Positions 20,701 to 29,320 of a stretch of DNA of 64,000 nucleotides are shown here, piece after piece (within the stretch, counting starts at the first letter, position 1; each line of letters opens with the position of its first letter). The stretch covers positions 54,696 through 118,695 of the IMG/VR virus record IMGVR_UViG_3300022930_000001. One strand, given 5' to 3'. The notes under the pieces are model-generated. The model was not told where the DNA came from and did no database searches. It was given only the letters and a program-made list of their open reading frames with translations. The position numbers and the translations under genes were made by a program. This DNA is from a virus.

Positions 20701-23700
20701 TTAATAGAATCCCAAATCTTAGTAAAATTAGCAAATTGAACCTCGTTAATTCTACCTGCTTTTAATAATTGTGGTACTTTAACTGTAAATAAGTTTTCTA
20801 CATTTTTAAGAACTTTATTATAAAGATCTTTTACAGCATGTTCAGAACCTATTTCATCAAACTCGATAAGATTTCTATTATTTGCAAATAGTTCTCCCAT
20901 TATATTATAAGTTAAACCTCTTACAATATTATAAGAATCAGATTCTGTTAAATTAAGAATACTGTATTCTGCTCCATTATTATTTGCTTCAGATATATAA
21001 GCAGAAGTTTTATAATAACCTGTATTGATTTTATCAAACATTTGTTTGATCTTACTTTGATCAATACCTAGCATTGATTTAATAAAATCTACAAATTTCT
21101 TAAAAAATCTATAAATTGCATTTTGACCTTGTTTAGGTTCAGAATATAATTCATTATTTAATACATAATTACCAAGTTCCTCAGCAAGCTGTTCTTTGGC
21201 TTCATGTTCTGTTGCTTTAGAATAAGTGATCGCTTTACCTGTTTCAGAACTAATAAAAGAACCTGTACGAGCGTTAAATTCCTTAAGAACCTCTTTACGT
21301 TCTTTTAGAGTAGCAAAATCTCCCCATATAGCTTCAAAGCCTTCATGTTCAATTGTACCTAGTTTAGCATTTTTATACCAAGACGCAACTTTATTGAAAT
21401 AACTTCCCCAAGCATAACCACCACCTGTAACTTTTATTAAATGGTTGAGTCTACGGCTATCTACAGGAATATTCTCCTTAAACCATGCCTCTGATTTAGC
21501 TAAATTATGTTCAGTATAATTCATAGAATTAAGTACTGTTCTAAAAGCTTCTTCATTCCAATCACCTAGATCTAAACTATTTATATCACCCGGTGCAATA
21601 TTAGTTTTATCTGAAGGTTTAGTAACTTCTTCTTTACTTATTTCTTTAACTTGCTCTTGTATTTTTTCTTCATTAGCAACAGTGGTAACAGGATTTTCTT
21701 CTTGTATATTACTATTTGTAATGTAGTTATCTACTTGTTCTAATAAATAGTCTTCAGCTAAAGCCTTAGTAGGAGTTTCTTCATTAAAATATTCTAAATA
21801 ACTAATAAAGTCTTCTGTAGGATTAGTTAATAATGAAGTAATATATTTTTTATAATTACCATCACTAACTATTGCAATTGCATTATTTCCAGCTTTATTT
21901 TTAGTAACTGAAAAACGTAAATCTCCAATAGAAGTTTTATAAGTATTAACTGTTTTTCCATTAAACTGAATTCCAGTAGATTTAGTTTCAACAGGAGTAT
22001 TTACTGTTATAGGTGTTTCTTCAGTTTTTGTTTTTGATGCTGATTTAACTTCCTGCTTTATAATTGTATTAAATAATGGAGCATTTTCAGATACACTATT
22101 ACCTATTACAGCATACTTGCCTATATAGTTACTATCATTAGGTACTGTGCCATTAATTGGCCTTACAGGAGTCTTAAATGGTATTTCTAAATCACTTCTA
22201 GTTTTACCTGAGAGTTCGTTTTCTGTTTCTTCAATATCATACTTATTAGAAAGCAAATAATGCTGATAACTATTCCAAGTTATTGCATTAATATCACCAT
22301 TATCATTTATAGATAATTCTCTAAAAGGAGTATTATTTTGTACATATTTATTATTAGCATTTACAAAAATATTAGAAAATGCTTCTTTAATAGCTTCTTG
22401 ATTATCAAGAATTGCTTTAGATGTAAAAGGTGTACTATATTTACCAATATTCAGTATTCCTTTATTAAGATATACTTGACTATTACCAATAGTAGAACCT
22501 TCTTTAACTTCTCTCCAGTACATAATACCTCGAAAATATGTTAATATTTCTTTGTTAAAATGACCAGTTGCTTTAGCTTCAGTTACAAACTTTTTGAGTA
22601 AATTATAAACATTATTTACTTCATTTTCTGTAAACTTGCGATTATTAAGTTTTTCTACAGTATTACCATTTATAAGTACTAATTTACCTGAAGGAATATT
22701 TAATGTTTCATTATTAGGTGTTACAAATTTTCCATTAGAAACTTGCAATAAATTTCCTTTAGATAAATCACTATGTTTTATTAATGTACCTACAGCAGAA
22801 TTATATTTAATATTATTTTCCGCATCTAATTCTACTTCTGGAAAACCTCTAGAAATATTGAAATTATACATTTCAGGATTAGCTGAATTATTAGCTAATA
22901 TTATTTCTCTTTGTTTTTGCCAAGCTTCATTATCTGCTTTAATATATTCTTTAGAAGTATCATTTCTCCAAGGAGATTCTTCACCTGATAGATATTGTTC
23001 TTTAGCTATAGGCATTGTACCTATAATTAAATTATTAATATCTATTTGTGATATTCTTAATTTTTCTATAGCTTTTTTATCCGCTTCAGGAAATTCATTC
23101 CAAGCCAGATTTTTAGCATCATTAACAGATGCACCTTTGTTTATAAAATCATTAATTCTATCTTGTAAATTTTCTTCTAATTGATTTAATGCAAATTGAT
23201 TATCATTAGACAAAATATTTCCTTCAGAATCTAGATATTCAAATTTATCTTTATTCTGTTTAACAAATATTGCTAATACTGGTGTAAGTTTTGGATCATT
23301 TATATCATAAACTGCTCCATAACCACCTTCTAACATTTTTTCAACTAAACCATTAAGACCTAATGCTTCTTGATTATTTTTATGTACAAAAATAACTCGT
23401 GCATTGTCCTTTACATCTTTCTTGAAAGTATCAAATTTAGAAAAAAATCTTTTCTGAAGTTTATAATATTCTTTAGTAGAATTACTATTACTTGTTGTAG
23501 AACGATTTACTATTTCTTTAGCTTTCTTAGCTGCTTCTCTACTTTTAATTTCTGCTTCAGTATTTTCGTTAGTATCTTCACCTGAAGATAAATCGGGAGC
23601 AGTATTAGTTTCTTTAGCTAAAGTATTATCTAAATCTTCATAAAAGTTAGCATTTTCAGCTACAATTTCTTCTTCAGATTTTAGTTTTGTAAACTTATCT

Positions 23701-26591
23701 AAAAGTGTAGGATCTAAATACTGGATATCTCCTTTAGAATCACGTACTAATACACGACCTTTTTCATAACTTAAAAAGGTTATTTCATCTAGTTTAGTTT
23801 CAATATTTATATTTTCGGTATCTCTAGCTAATTCTGCTTCTTCTTTACTTTTAAAAGTATCTACAACAACTCCTTGTGGATTCTTAAGATCTGTTGTACC
23901 AACAGGTACAGTATAGCGACCTTCAATATTAGTTTTATACTGACGATCTACTTCATATGGTACTCCATTAATTTCTATTTCCTTTGCTTTAGACTCTTGT
24001 TTAGGGTTAGTATTATCAAAAGCAAGACCATTGAGCCATTCTTCATGATTTTTTATAAAATCTTCATAACCTTCTTGTGTAAAAAGATAATCATAAGTAG
24101 AACTTGCTAAATCTCTTCCTTTTTGTATTTGATTTATATCATGACCATAATTAATAAGATCTGTATTATTAACAGGATCTATTGTTGAAGCAATTGTTGG
24201 ATCTTGACCATTTACTTCAAAATTAGAAAGCTTGTTAAATAATTTAGGCAATTCATTCTCATCTCTTTTATTCAAAAAATTAGATATCGCTTCAGCATTA
24301 GTTTCATAAGCTTTTATCTGTTCTTTTGTTTTATTATATAATGTTGGATTTTCAGAACGTTTAATTGTTGTATTTAATTGTTCTGATAATTCATTTGCTT
24401 TAGATTTGTAATCTACTTTAAGCTCATTTAATTGTGAAGGATCAGTAAGTTTTGATATTAAGTCATTTGTTAATGCAAAATTAATCTGAGAAATATTACT
24501 TTGTATTGATCCTAAACGTTGATTAAAATCAGTCATATTATAACTCATTTTAACTAATGCACTTTTATAATCTTCAAAGGCAAACCATGCTTTATTTTCA
24601 TTAGTATGTGCCTCAGATTGAGGATTGCCTCTATATTGGTAAGGATTTTCAAATACATTAGCTACTGCATCATGTGACTTTTTAATTACTTGTGCTTTAC
24701 CAATTAATTCGTCTATATAAGCGTGATTAGATTCTCTTGTACCATCAGGTATTTGAAATAACTTATTAAGTTCTTCATTAGGAAGTTCTTTAAGCATTTC
24801 TAATTGAAGAGTTCGTACATCATAACGATTATTCTGTAATCCTGATTTAATAAAATTAAAAAATTCATCTGCTTTAAGATTCTTGAAAGCAAATATATTT
24901 TTATCTTGTACTGCTTGTGATATATCTTCTTTATGTTTTAAAGATTGTGCTGCACTATCATAATTATTTGCAAACAATCCAGTAACACCCTGTGCATTAA
25001 GATTATTTAATGCTACTTGTGAAGCTTCTTCAGGAGATAATACACCTGCTTTATTTCTTTGATATGTTTCATATTTAGAAGACAACGGATGAAACAACGC
25101 ACCAGTGATACTACCTAAAAGTATATTCTCAATACCTTCGGTAGTACCAAATTCTTGAGCTAAACCGTAGCCAACATTTGCAATTATATCTTTTAAATCA
25201 CCATTTATTTTACCATTATATTTATCTTCAAAATATTTTTTAACTCCTTTTTCAGTAGCAAACTGACCACCTTCTTCAAATATACCTTCAGAAAATATAG
25301 TTGGAACAACAGGTTTAATTGCATTCCATATTCTACCTACTTTTCCTATATTTTCTGTAGATAATGCAAGTCGATCAATATCCGAAACTACTTCTGGATT
25401 AATGTTTTCTAAACCAATTCTTCCTGCTTGTTCTTCTACAGTTGCTTCAATACCTTTTTTTACACCTTGTTTATAAGAATTCCAAGGCTTTAATATAGAT
25501 TCAAACTGAATTGCATTAGACACGGATAGAAGAGCCATATTAATACCGTAACGAGTATTACCTGCGGCAGTAGCAAATCCTTCTATTTTAGCAATATCAT
25601 CTGAAGTTGGATTATATCCATTTTCTTTATAAAAAGAATCTATTAAATCTTTTTTTACTTCTTCATAACCTTGACGTGCCTCCATACCTGCTTCAGTATT
25701 AGCTGAAGAGGCTAAAGTAGTCATATAACGCACACCTTTACCTATTCTAGCTCCTTCAGCAGCAGCCGCCATGTTTGCTATACTAAGAAGTGTTTCATCA
25801 CTTTTATTAAGTGTTCTTGCTGTATTGAGTACTTCTTCAAGACGATTTGTTCCTGTAAATAATTTATTAAGATATAGTGATGCTTTACCAACTTGATTTG
25901 CAAGTAGAGGTAATTCGCCAATACCTTCTGTAACAGCTCCAATAGCAATATCTTGTAATGCTGCTGAACCAATTGCACCTATCGTATAACCAAGATTTTT
26001 AACAACCTTATCTGACCAAAAATTAGCAGCACCTCCTGAAAAAGGTATTGCTGAAAGTAATGGATGTTCTTGTTCCCATTTAGTATAGTAATTTGGAAAT
26101 TGATCTTCAAGATTTTTAGTAAATGTATCTATAGTATTATACCAATCTCCTTTCCATATATTACCATCTTTAGTACCTGCAATAAGATCAGGTACTTGAA
26201 GTAAACCTTCAGCAAATGAACCTGCAGCAAGTCCGCCCATCTTAGCTAAACCATTACCCCATTTACTATACCAAGACTGATTCTTTGCATAATTTTCTTC
26301 ATTATCTTCAAAAGCATTATATACTGGATATTTTCTAGTAATAGGCTCTGGAGTAGATATTATTTTATCATAATTAGTAGTACGTTCTGGTTGAGCAAAA
26401 CGTGACATAACTTCAGACAAATCCATATCCATAAAACTCTTAGGTGTTTCACTTGTCACACCATTTGCTAATTGTTGAGGTTGATATGTAACAGGAGAAG
26501 CTTGAGGAATACTAATAGAAGATACATCCTGAATTTCAGGGTTTGGGCCTGTACTTAAATCTAAAGGAACTATTGGTGTTAAATCAGCCAT
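14703..26591 (-). CDS. Virion-packaged two-barrel RNA polymerase polyprotein (crAss-type)
   Basis: 3962 aa; catalytic GGDFDVDK (DFDVD at 17220-17234), GYRIPTQ, DPLKR, SDGQ, SGRK and KMHGG motifs; Gly/Ala-rich hydrophobic N-terminal region; zincin-like HEGFE. Confidence 0.92.
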   Translation of the reverse strand: MADLTPIVPLDLSTGPNPEIQDVSSISIPQASPVTYQPQQLANGVTSETPKSFMDMDLSEVMSRFAQPERTTNYDKIISTPEPITRKYPVYNAFEDNEENYAKNQSWYSKWGNGLAKMGGLAAGSFAEGLLQVPDLIAGTKDGNIWKGDWYNTIDTFTKNLEDQFPNYYTKWEQEHPLLSAIPFSGGAANFWSDKVVKNLGYTIGAIGSAALQDIAIGAVTEGIGELPLLANQVGKASLYLNKLFTGTNRLEEVLNTARTLNKSDETLLSIANMAAAAEGARIGKGVRYMTTLASSANTEAGMEARQGYEEVKKDLIDSFYKENGYNPTSDDIAKIEGFATAAGNTRYGINMALLSVSNAIQFESILKPWNSYKQGVKKGIEATVEEQAGRIGLENINPEVVSDIDRLALSTENIGKVGRIWNAIKPVVPTIFSEGIFEEGGQFATEKGVKKYFEDKYNGKINGDLKDIIANVGYGLAQEFGTTEGIENILLGSITGALFHPLSSKYETYQRNKAGVLSPEEASQVALNNLNAQGVTGLFANNYDSAAQSLKHKEDISQAVQDKNIFAFKNLKADEFFNFIKSGLQNNRYDVRTLQLEMLKELPNEELNKLFQIPDGTRESNHAYIDELIGKAQVIKKSHDAVANVFENPYQYRGNPQSEAHTNENKAWFAFEDYKSALVKMSYNMTDFNQRLGSIQSNISQINFALTNDLISKLTDPSQLNELKVDYKSKANELSEQLNTTIKRSENPTLYNKTKEQIKAYETNAEAISNFLNKRDENELPKLFNKLSNFEVNGQDPTIASTIDPVNNTDLINYGHDINQIQKGRDLASSTYDYLFTQEGYEDFIKNHEEWLNGLAFDNTNPKQESKAKEIEINGVPYEVDRQYKTNIEGRYTVPVGTTDLKNPQGVVVDTFKSKEEAELARDTENINIETKLDEITFLSYEKGRVLVRDSKGDIQYLDPTLLDKFTKLKSEEEIVAENANFYEDLDNTLAKETNTAPDLSSGEDTNENTEAEIKSREAAKKAKEIVNRSTTSNSNSTKEYYKLQKRFFSKFDTFKKDVKDNARVIFVHKNNQEALGLNGLVEKMLEGGYGAVYDINDPKLTPVLAIFVKQNKDKFEYLDSEGNILSNDNQFALNQLEENLQDRINDFINKGASVNDAKNLAWNEFPEADKKAIEKLRISQIDINNLIIGTMPIAKEQYLSGEESPWRNDTSKEYIKADNEAWQKQREIILANNSANPEMYNFNISRGFPEVELDAENNIKYNSAVGTLIKHSDLSKGNLLQVSNGKFVTPNNETLNIPSGKLVLINGNTVEKLNNRKFTENEVNNVYNLLKKFVTEAKATGHFNKEILTYFRGIMYWREVKEGSTIGNSQVYLNKGILNIGKYSTPFTSKAILDNQEAIKEAFSNIFVNANNKYVQNNTPFRELSINDNGDINAITWNSYQHYLLSNKYDIEETENELSGKTRSDLEIPFKTPVRPINGTVPNDSNYIGKYAVIGNSVSENAPLFNTIIKQEVKSASKTKTEETPITVNTPVETKSTGIQFNGKTVNTYKTSIGDLRFSVTKNKAGNNAIAIVSDGNYKKYITSLLTNPTEDFISYLEYFNEETPTKALAEDYLLEQVDNYITNSNIQEENPVTTVANEEKIQEQVKEISKEEVTKPSDKTNIAPGDINSLDLGDWNEEAFRTVLNSMNYTEHNLAKSEAWFKENIPVDSRRLNHLIKVTGGGYAWGSYFNKVASWYKNAKLGTIEHEGFEAIWGDFATLKERKEVLKEFNARTGSFISSETGKAITYSKATEHEAKEQLAEELGNYVLNNELYSEPKQGQNAIYRFFKKFVDFIKSMLGIDQSKIKQMFDKINTGYYKTSAYISEANNNGAEYSILNLTESDSYNIVRGLTYNIMGELFANNRNLIEFDEIGSEHAVKDLYNKVLKNVENLFTVKVPQLLKAGRINEVQFANFTKIWDSIKADNKNVNALVEEYLKTFSIVADLSGESILDLDIEKDPNKEAENTEYAANNPEGYLVNSFKVDAKKNASNSVKLLMATLPETTYIDPIDKTKGTKPVLDTATLMPKMANYSKTFNFLLNQLWDVNTWDEKEQRLMDLAKDYPNYVSLNKRLKIGQANVDLDTWNLRTKFFNVMSKQRPDAYIHFIGKDEEGKSGSRVRAINTNALVKSKAQEWLDTLKLAVSSPNNIVQIDKDNQYEFNGSKIASNPLKTAIDKLQYLNDLNIPFTNQIYNKLSESDKTEFSKAVLNLNNSLKNKNKVIDITPSTLNSAGNFNKIAALYLRGNEDSTSTFSNIDGEKQQQFVGNNFISNLTNDINGSKDKDDLIQRLPFITEDYRSDSVYLNKFLFTEEGEKTGKSIEIGYNQGLVNSEADEETPISKMIAPVRLLEQINMNLKKNYYMLVPADAQTEWMLKMEHIVPFDRFANNDVNDVIYRTFNNYYKTEKRIATDTQGQIKLDKNEQSIYKSTMYHKDFNSNYSTVDLNKDKFINYIDTNVTSIIKYLKDNNVITSNKNTPDKFILKGLDDEFLATNHLGKSFTEAELTQLFKFTETNYMINHIEMHKMYFGDPSVIKDPLKRYKSFFSPRESAMYASEALNRSLNEELNKAENIELTPNDYGYWKHKEFIPTVTIKDLRTSDARTDLGDAVSIVNDKSEGVAQYADDYEITNPSDGQSWAFLPAYREILYKNGGRFSKDHEALFQYVTALDRQAMYEDGHLNDDKDSANYYKPSLKVQDTKKVAEGYKGEAQFHVIKPIGSGITLDGKIFLDKTSLAPLSYTFVRGTALEPHYLKMWKQGIGYAIMESGRKLGGQNADSLYNEDGSVNKDKYNTIVNVPHRYYGVQVETAGGHYEGPLGSQLSKLGIVNLRDNGQAQTEAIQKKIERHNEALRNITNYGYEELLKKLGIKDKSGYFTAPDKNKVAKLLKNELFRRESPQNLKDAIQVGKDGNFIIPFEAMSNYQQIKDILYSFVDKLIAKPKMHGGPKIQLAGTGFEIGGRTVKKAKKDGKDVLVSNGLKFYSATYNEQGIRTSVGRMEVLLPMFFWDKIKTSKRWKNASEADILEHLNNTKEGREVLKGIGYRIPTQELNSVEAFIIKGFIPKWMGDTIVLPEAITTKSGGDFDVDKLNTYLKNIYLDESGNIKPIPYFGFGKEARAKFDEIDIEFNGTDEEYIAQILGDDFDIYSVNKIADRMYGESLQNEYFDSLSDLILLPENYERLIRPNSADIGKALRVELETIAPNEFSSAKDKSILNRQYMSNMRHLFLIGKAWVGISASSQTNNALNQSTQIVLNPEQLDKLDDNERKWIGNANIMLPHNTTVFEGKTLPTLSKAKDKAGEFISDKISRYIDGPVDIAKDPWVTQLFQNTASFSTGLFLEKLGVPDRDVIFFLNQPIIREYNKLLNDRKTAWLYNDKNIKDILSKFGLLPQFFKNGILLNPITINSIDTKSLKGNIEKFYSGKKFTQEENEQQKTILYEYLKYSVLATHLFNFQRATSYDTNPQSEPNQQFRKTNLLVAVQTNNIWTSINSLLDNTSLGAVVDKVQKSSKAISQSYSIYNDIIRGNIEKVLSQLPSSGINFEKAARQVEESYLSYIVQTNLGTNTRIQELMLDTEKNLAKQVWELKKDLTKNHKNSDLANNKILQELISLVGNKRSEVKNITIAQKPQDVFTADVYTNAFRELRDNPITQELYSNIIDLSILQSGLGQSPIAFSKFIPYEDYSTKIADVLKNITGAPNLQEFVQTGQFFRNNWKNTDLVPNINEDFDDTLLSKYKFPRTPQWFSALKESKGITDNKYTLYKIFSKKGVANNSFITMNTYPTPIDAENETNKRTILLQRVEDETGTPIEILNTYSSGFVSDNGFYLYVPINPLGDGMKLQEYYTDIRPSVTNNAGYKIENELSMQEIVRAYANRLNTNKAQNIQENLDISENLPNIVNPEISSSEEKNSIDQQIDNMINDGEIEPQC

Positions 26592-26594
26592 TTA

Positions 26595-29222
26595 TTAATA
26601 TTTTTTGTAGTTTTTTCTAGCCCATTCAATAATATCTGCAGGACTTAATTTATTTTTTGTAGCAGGATCAACCATAATACTTAAATCTTCTAATGCTTTA
26701 TTTGCTGAAGAAAGATTTGGATATTCTTGTCTTGCTCTTCCATTTTGATCTATACCCGGATCTATAGGTATTTTATTTCCACTATCATCTAATACATAAA
26801 CACTATATCCTGCATTTGGGCCATACCCTTTAGCAATAACATGTCTTATTTTACCATTGGTAGTTACTCTTACACCAACTCCTTTATCAGGAGTCATGTT
26901 ATTAGGACTTTTATCAATAGCTTGTTCTAATCTATAAAAAGGATCAGGTCGTCCAAAGGTGTTTGCTTGTGATGGTATTTTAATAGTTTGAATATCATCT
27001 TTTTTATTAGAACTTAAATCATTATAACGTAGGTATTGATTTCCATTTTCATCTTGATATGTATCTATTGGTTTAATTTTATCAACATCAATTTCTATCT
27101 TTTTACCCGGAGTTGCTTCTTTAATTGCAGATGCTGCTAATTTTTGATATTGTTTTTCAACTTCAGCTTTTCCTGAAATTATTGTAGAAGGATATGTTAA
27201 TGTTTGTCCTTTTACTTCATATAAAGAATCTATTGTTTTTTGACGCTTTGAAAGCAAATTATCTAAAGGTTGTACAATTTTTTTAGAAGCTTCTGCAAAT
27301 TTATTAATTCCACCATCTGCAATTGCTCTTAATATTGGATAGTCAGGATCGTTTTTGTAATGATCTGCAATATCTTGAATAATTTTTTTAGTTTCATTAC
27401 CACCAGTAGTTGCATCTAAATATTGATCTCCTAATGATTCTTTTAATTTATTTTCTACTTCTGTTTTAAATATTTTATATTTAGTTACAAATTCTTGATT
27501 TTGTGCAGGTGTAAATTCTAATTTACGTTTTATAGAACCATCTGGATATTTAATATTTAGTCCATCTACACTAATTTTTTCATTTAATCCTGCAAATGGA
27601 TGTTCTTTTATTGCTTGATTGACAATTGATTTATCTAAATTTTCCAAAGATGATTTATAAATTAAATCGTCTTGAACACGATTTTTATAACGTAAATAAG
27701 TAGAATTTACTTGTCCATCTCCATTTGCAATATGTTTTTCTTGTTCTTTTACAAATCCTACAAAAGCATCATTAAAGTATTTAGAACCTAATTCTAAATC
27801 AGGATTTAATTGTGCATAATTTTTCTTTAAATCTTCACTAGCATTATAAAGATTATCATCTGCTTGTTTTATACGAGACTGATTTTGTACCTGATCATAT
27901 TTATCTGGTGTAATACCTCCAACAGAACTATATAAACCTAAACTTTGCATTGCCTTATTACCTGATCCTGTTGAAAAACTACCATCAGGATTAAAAGATT
28001 TAATATTTGCATTAACAAATGATTGATAATATGGATCATCAATAGTTATAGCCGCACCTGTTACTGGGTTTTGTCCTGCAGCAATCATTTTCATTTCAAG
28101 TTCTTTACCTGCAATACCTAAATGCGCCTGAGCAATACCAATATTTGCTGCCTTAAAAGCATCATCTTGACTTTGAATAGCTGATTGATTTGCTTTTATT
28201 TCTAGTTCATGATCATCCTGCTGATAATTAGTCACATAACTTTTACGTAACTCATCATTAAAAAATGTTTGTTTAATTTTATTAAAATCTTGTCCTGAAG
28301 TAAAATAATTTATATATTTAGATTTATCTGCTTGTAGTTTAGTTATATTATGTTCAGTATCTGATAAAAAAGCATCTACTTGTTTTTGAACAATTGGATT
28401 AGTAGGATCTTCAGCTTTTTTTGCAATATAAAAAGCTTTTAAAGCATTATTTTGTTGCAATTGTGTATCATAAAAATTATTTATATGCCTATAGAAACTT
28501 ATAGGATTTTCATTACGATACGTATAAGCTCCTGATATATCTAATTGTTTTTGTATCCTAGGATCTCTAGCAATAATACCATTAACTAAATTTTCAATTT
28601 CGGCAGGTCTTACTTTACTTTCTTTATCGATAAAGTATTGAAATTTACCATCAGAATTGATTTTATAACTTACAGTAGGGCCGAGTTCGTCTAAAGCTTC
28701 TTTAATAGGTGTATTAGCATCAAAATAACGTGTTGCTGCTTTTGGGCCTTTATAGGAATCACTTAAATCTTGACTATTTAAATATCTATTTACTTCCTGA
28801 GTATCATACCACTCATTTTCAGGAGAATATAATTCAGGATGTTTTTCTTTTAATGTCTTTTGATCGCTCATTAAAGTTTTTATGCCCTGAGTAGACATAA
28901 TTGCACTTTGAATATTAGGATCTTTATATATTTTAGAAGATAACCCCATTGCTTGATTTACAATAGAATTATTTGAAAAATCTGTACCTGCTAAAGAATT
29001 TAATTCACTAGTAACATCTTTCACTTTATTTTGAAGATATTCTTTATCAATAGGACGATAAACATCTAATCCTGATGCATTATCAAGTGTTGATTGAATT
29101 CGAGATACATTTGAATCGTATTGACCTTGTTTTGTACGTAAAGTTCTATCCAATAGATTAAGATCTACTGATGGAGTATAAGGTGCAAGAGGTACGTTTG
29201 AAGATTCTAAATAGTTTGCCAT
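26595..29222 (-). CDS. Putative internal virion (cargo) protein
   Basis: 875 aa; N-terminal helical KQGQYD segment; lies between the first cargo gene and the RNAP as in crAss-like genomes. Confidence 0.65.
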   Translation of the reverse strand: MANYLESSNVPLAPYTPSVDLNLLDRTLRTKQGQYDSNVSRIQSTLDNASGLDVYRPIDKEYLQNKVKDVTSELNSLAGTDFSNNSIVNQAMGLSSKIYKDPNIQSAIMSTQGIKTLMSDQKTLKEKHPELYSPENEWYDTQEVNRYLNSQDLSDSYKGPKAATRYFDANTPIKEALDELGPTVSYKINSDGKFQYFIDKESKVRPAEIENLVNGIIARDPRIQKQLDISGAYTYRNENPISFYRHINNFYDTQLQQNNALKAFYIAKKAEDPTNPIVQKQVDAFLSDTEHNITKLQADKSKYINYFTSGQDFNKIKQTFFNDELRKSYVTNYQQDDHELEIKANQSAIQSQDDAFKAANIGIAQAHLGIAGKELEMKMIAAGQNPVTGAAITIDDPYYQSFVNANIKSFNPDGSFSTGSGNKAMQSLGLYSSVGGITPDKYDQVQNQSRIKQADDNLYNASEDLKKNYAQLNPDLELGSKYFNDAFVGFVKEQEKHIANGDGQVNSTYLRYKNRVQDDLIYKSSLENLDKSIVNQAIKEHPFAGLNEKISVDGLNIKYPDGSIKRKLEFTPAQNQEFVTKYKIFKTEVENKLKESLGDQYLDATTGGNETKKIIQDIADHYKNDPDYPILRAIADGGINKFAEASKKIVQPLDNLLSKRQKTIDSLYEVKGQTLTYPSTIISGKAEVEKQYQKLAASAIKEATPGKKIEIDVDKIKPIDTYQDENGNQYLRYNDLSSNKKDDIQTIKIPSQANTFGRPDPFYRLEQAIDKSPNNMTPDKGVGVRVTTNGKIRHVIAKGYGPNAGYSVYVLDDSGNKIPIDPGIDQNGRARQEYPNLSSANKALEDLSIMVDPATKNKLSPADIIEWARKNYKKY

Positions 29223-29237
29223 GTATTATATAATTTA

Positions 29238-29269
29238 CAAATTTAAATTAAAAAACTGATATAAACAAA
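29238..29269 (-). promoter_or_regulatory. Bacteroidota-type sigma70 promoter
   Basis: TAAATTTG (29238-29245) and TTTG (29266-29269), 20-nt spacer. Confidence 0.7.
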
Positions 29270-29289
29270 TATTTCATGTTATATCAGTT
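29254..29289 (-). terminator. Terminator-like hairpin overlapping the promoter -33 box
   Basis: AACTGATATAAACA / TGTTATATCAGTT inverted repeat (one bulge) with a T-run downstream on the minus strand. Confidence 0.55.
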
Positions 29290-29320
29290 AATTATGATTG
29301 TTATTTTCTAATGAATAACA

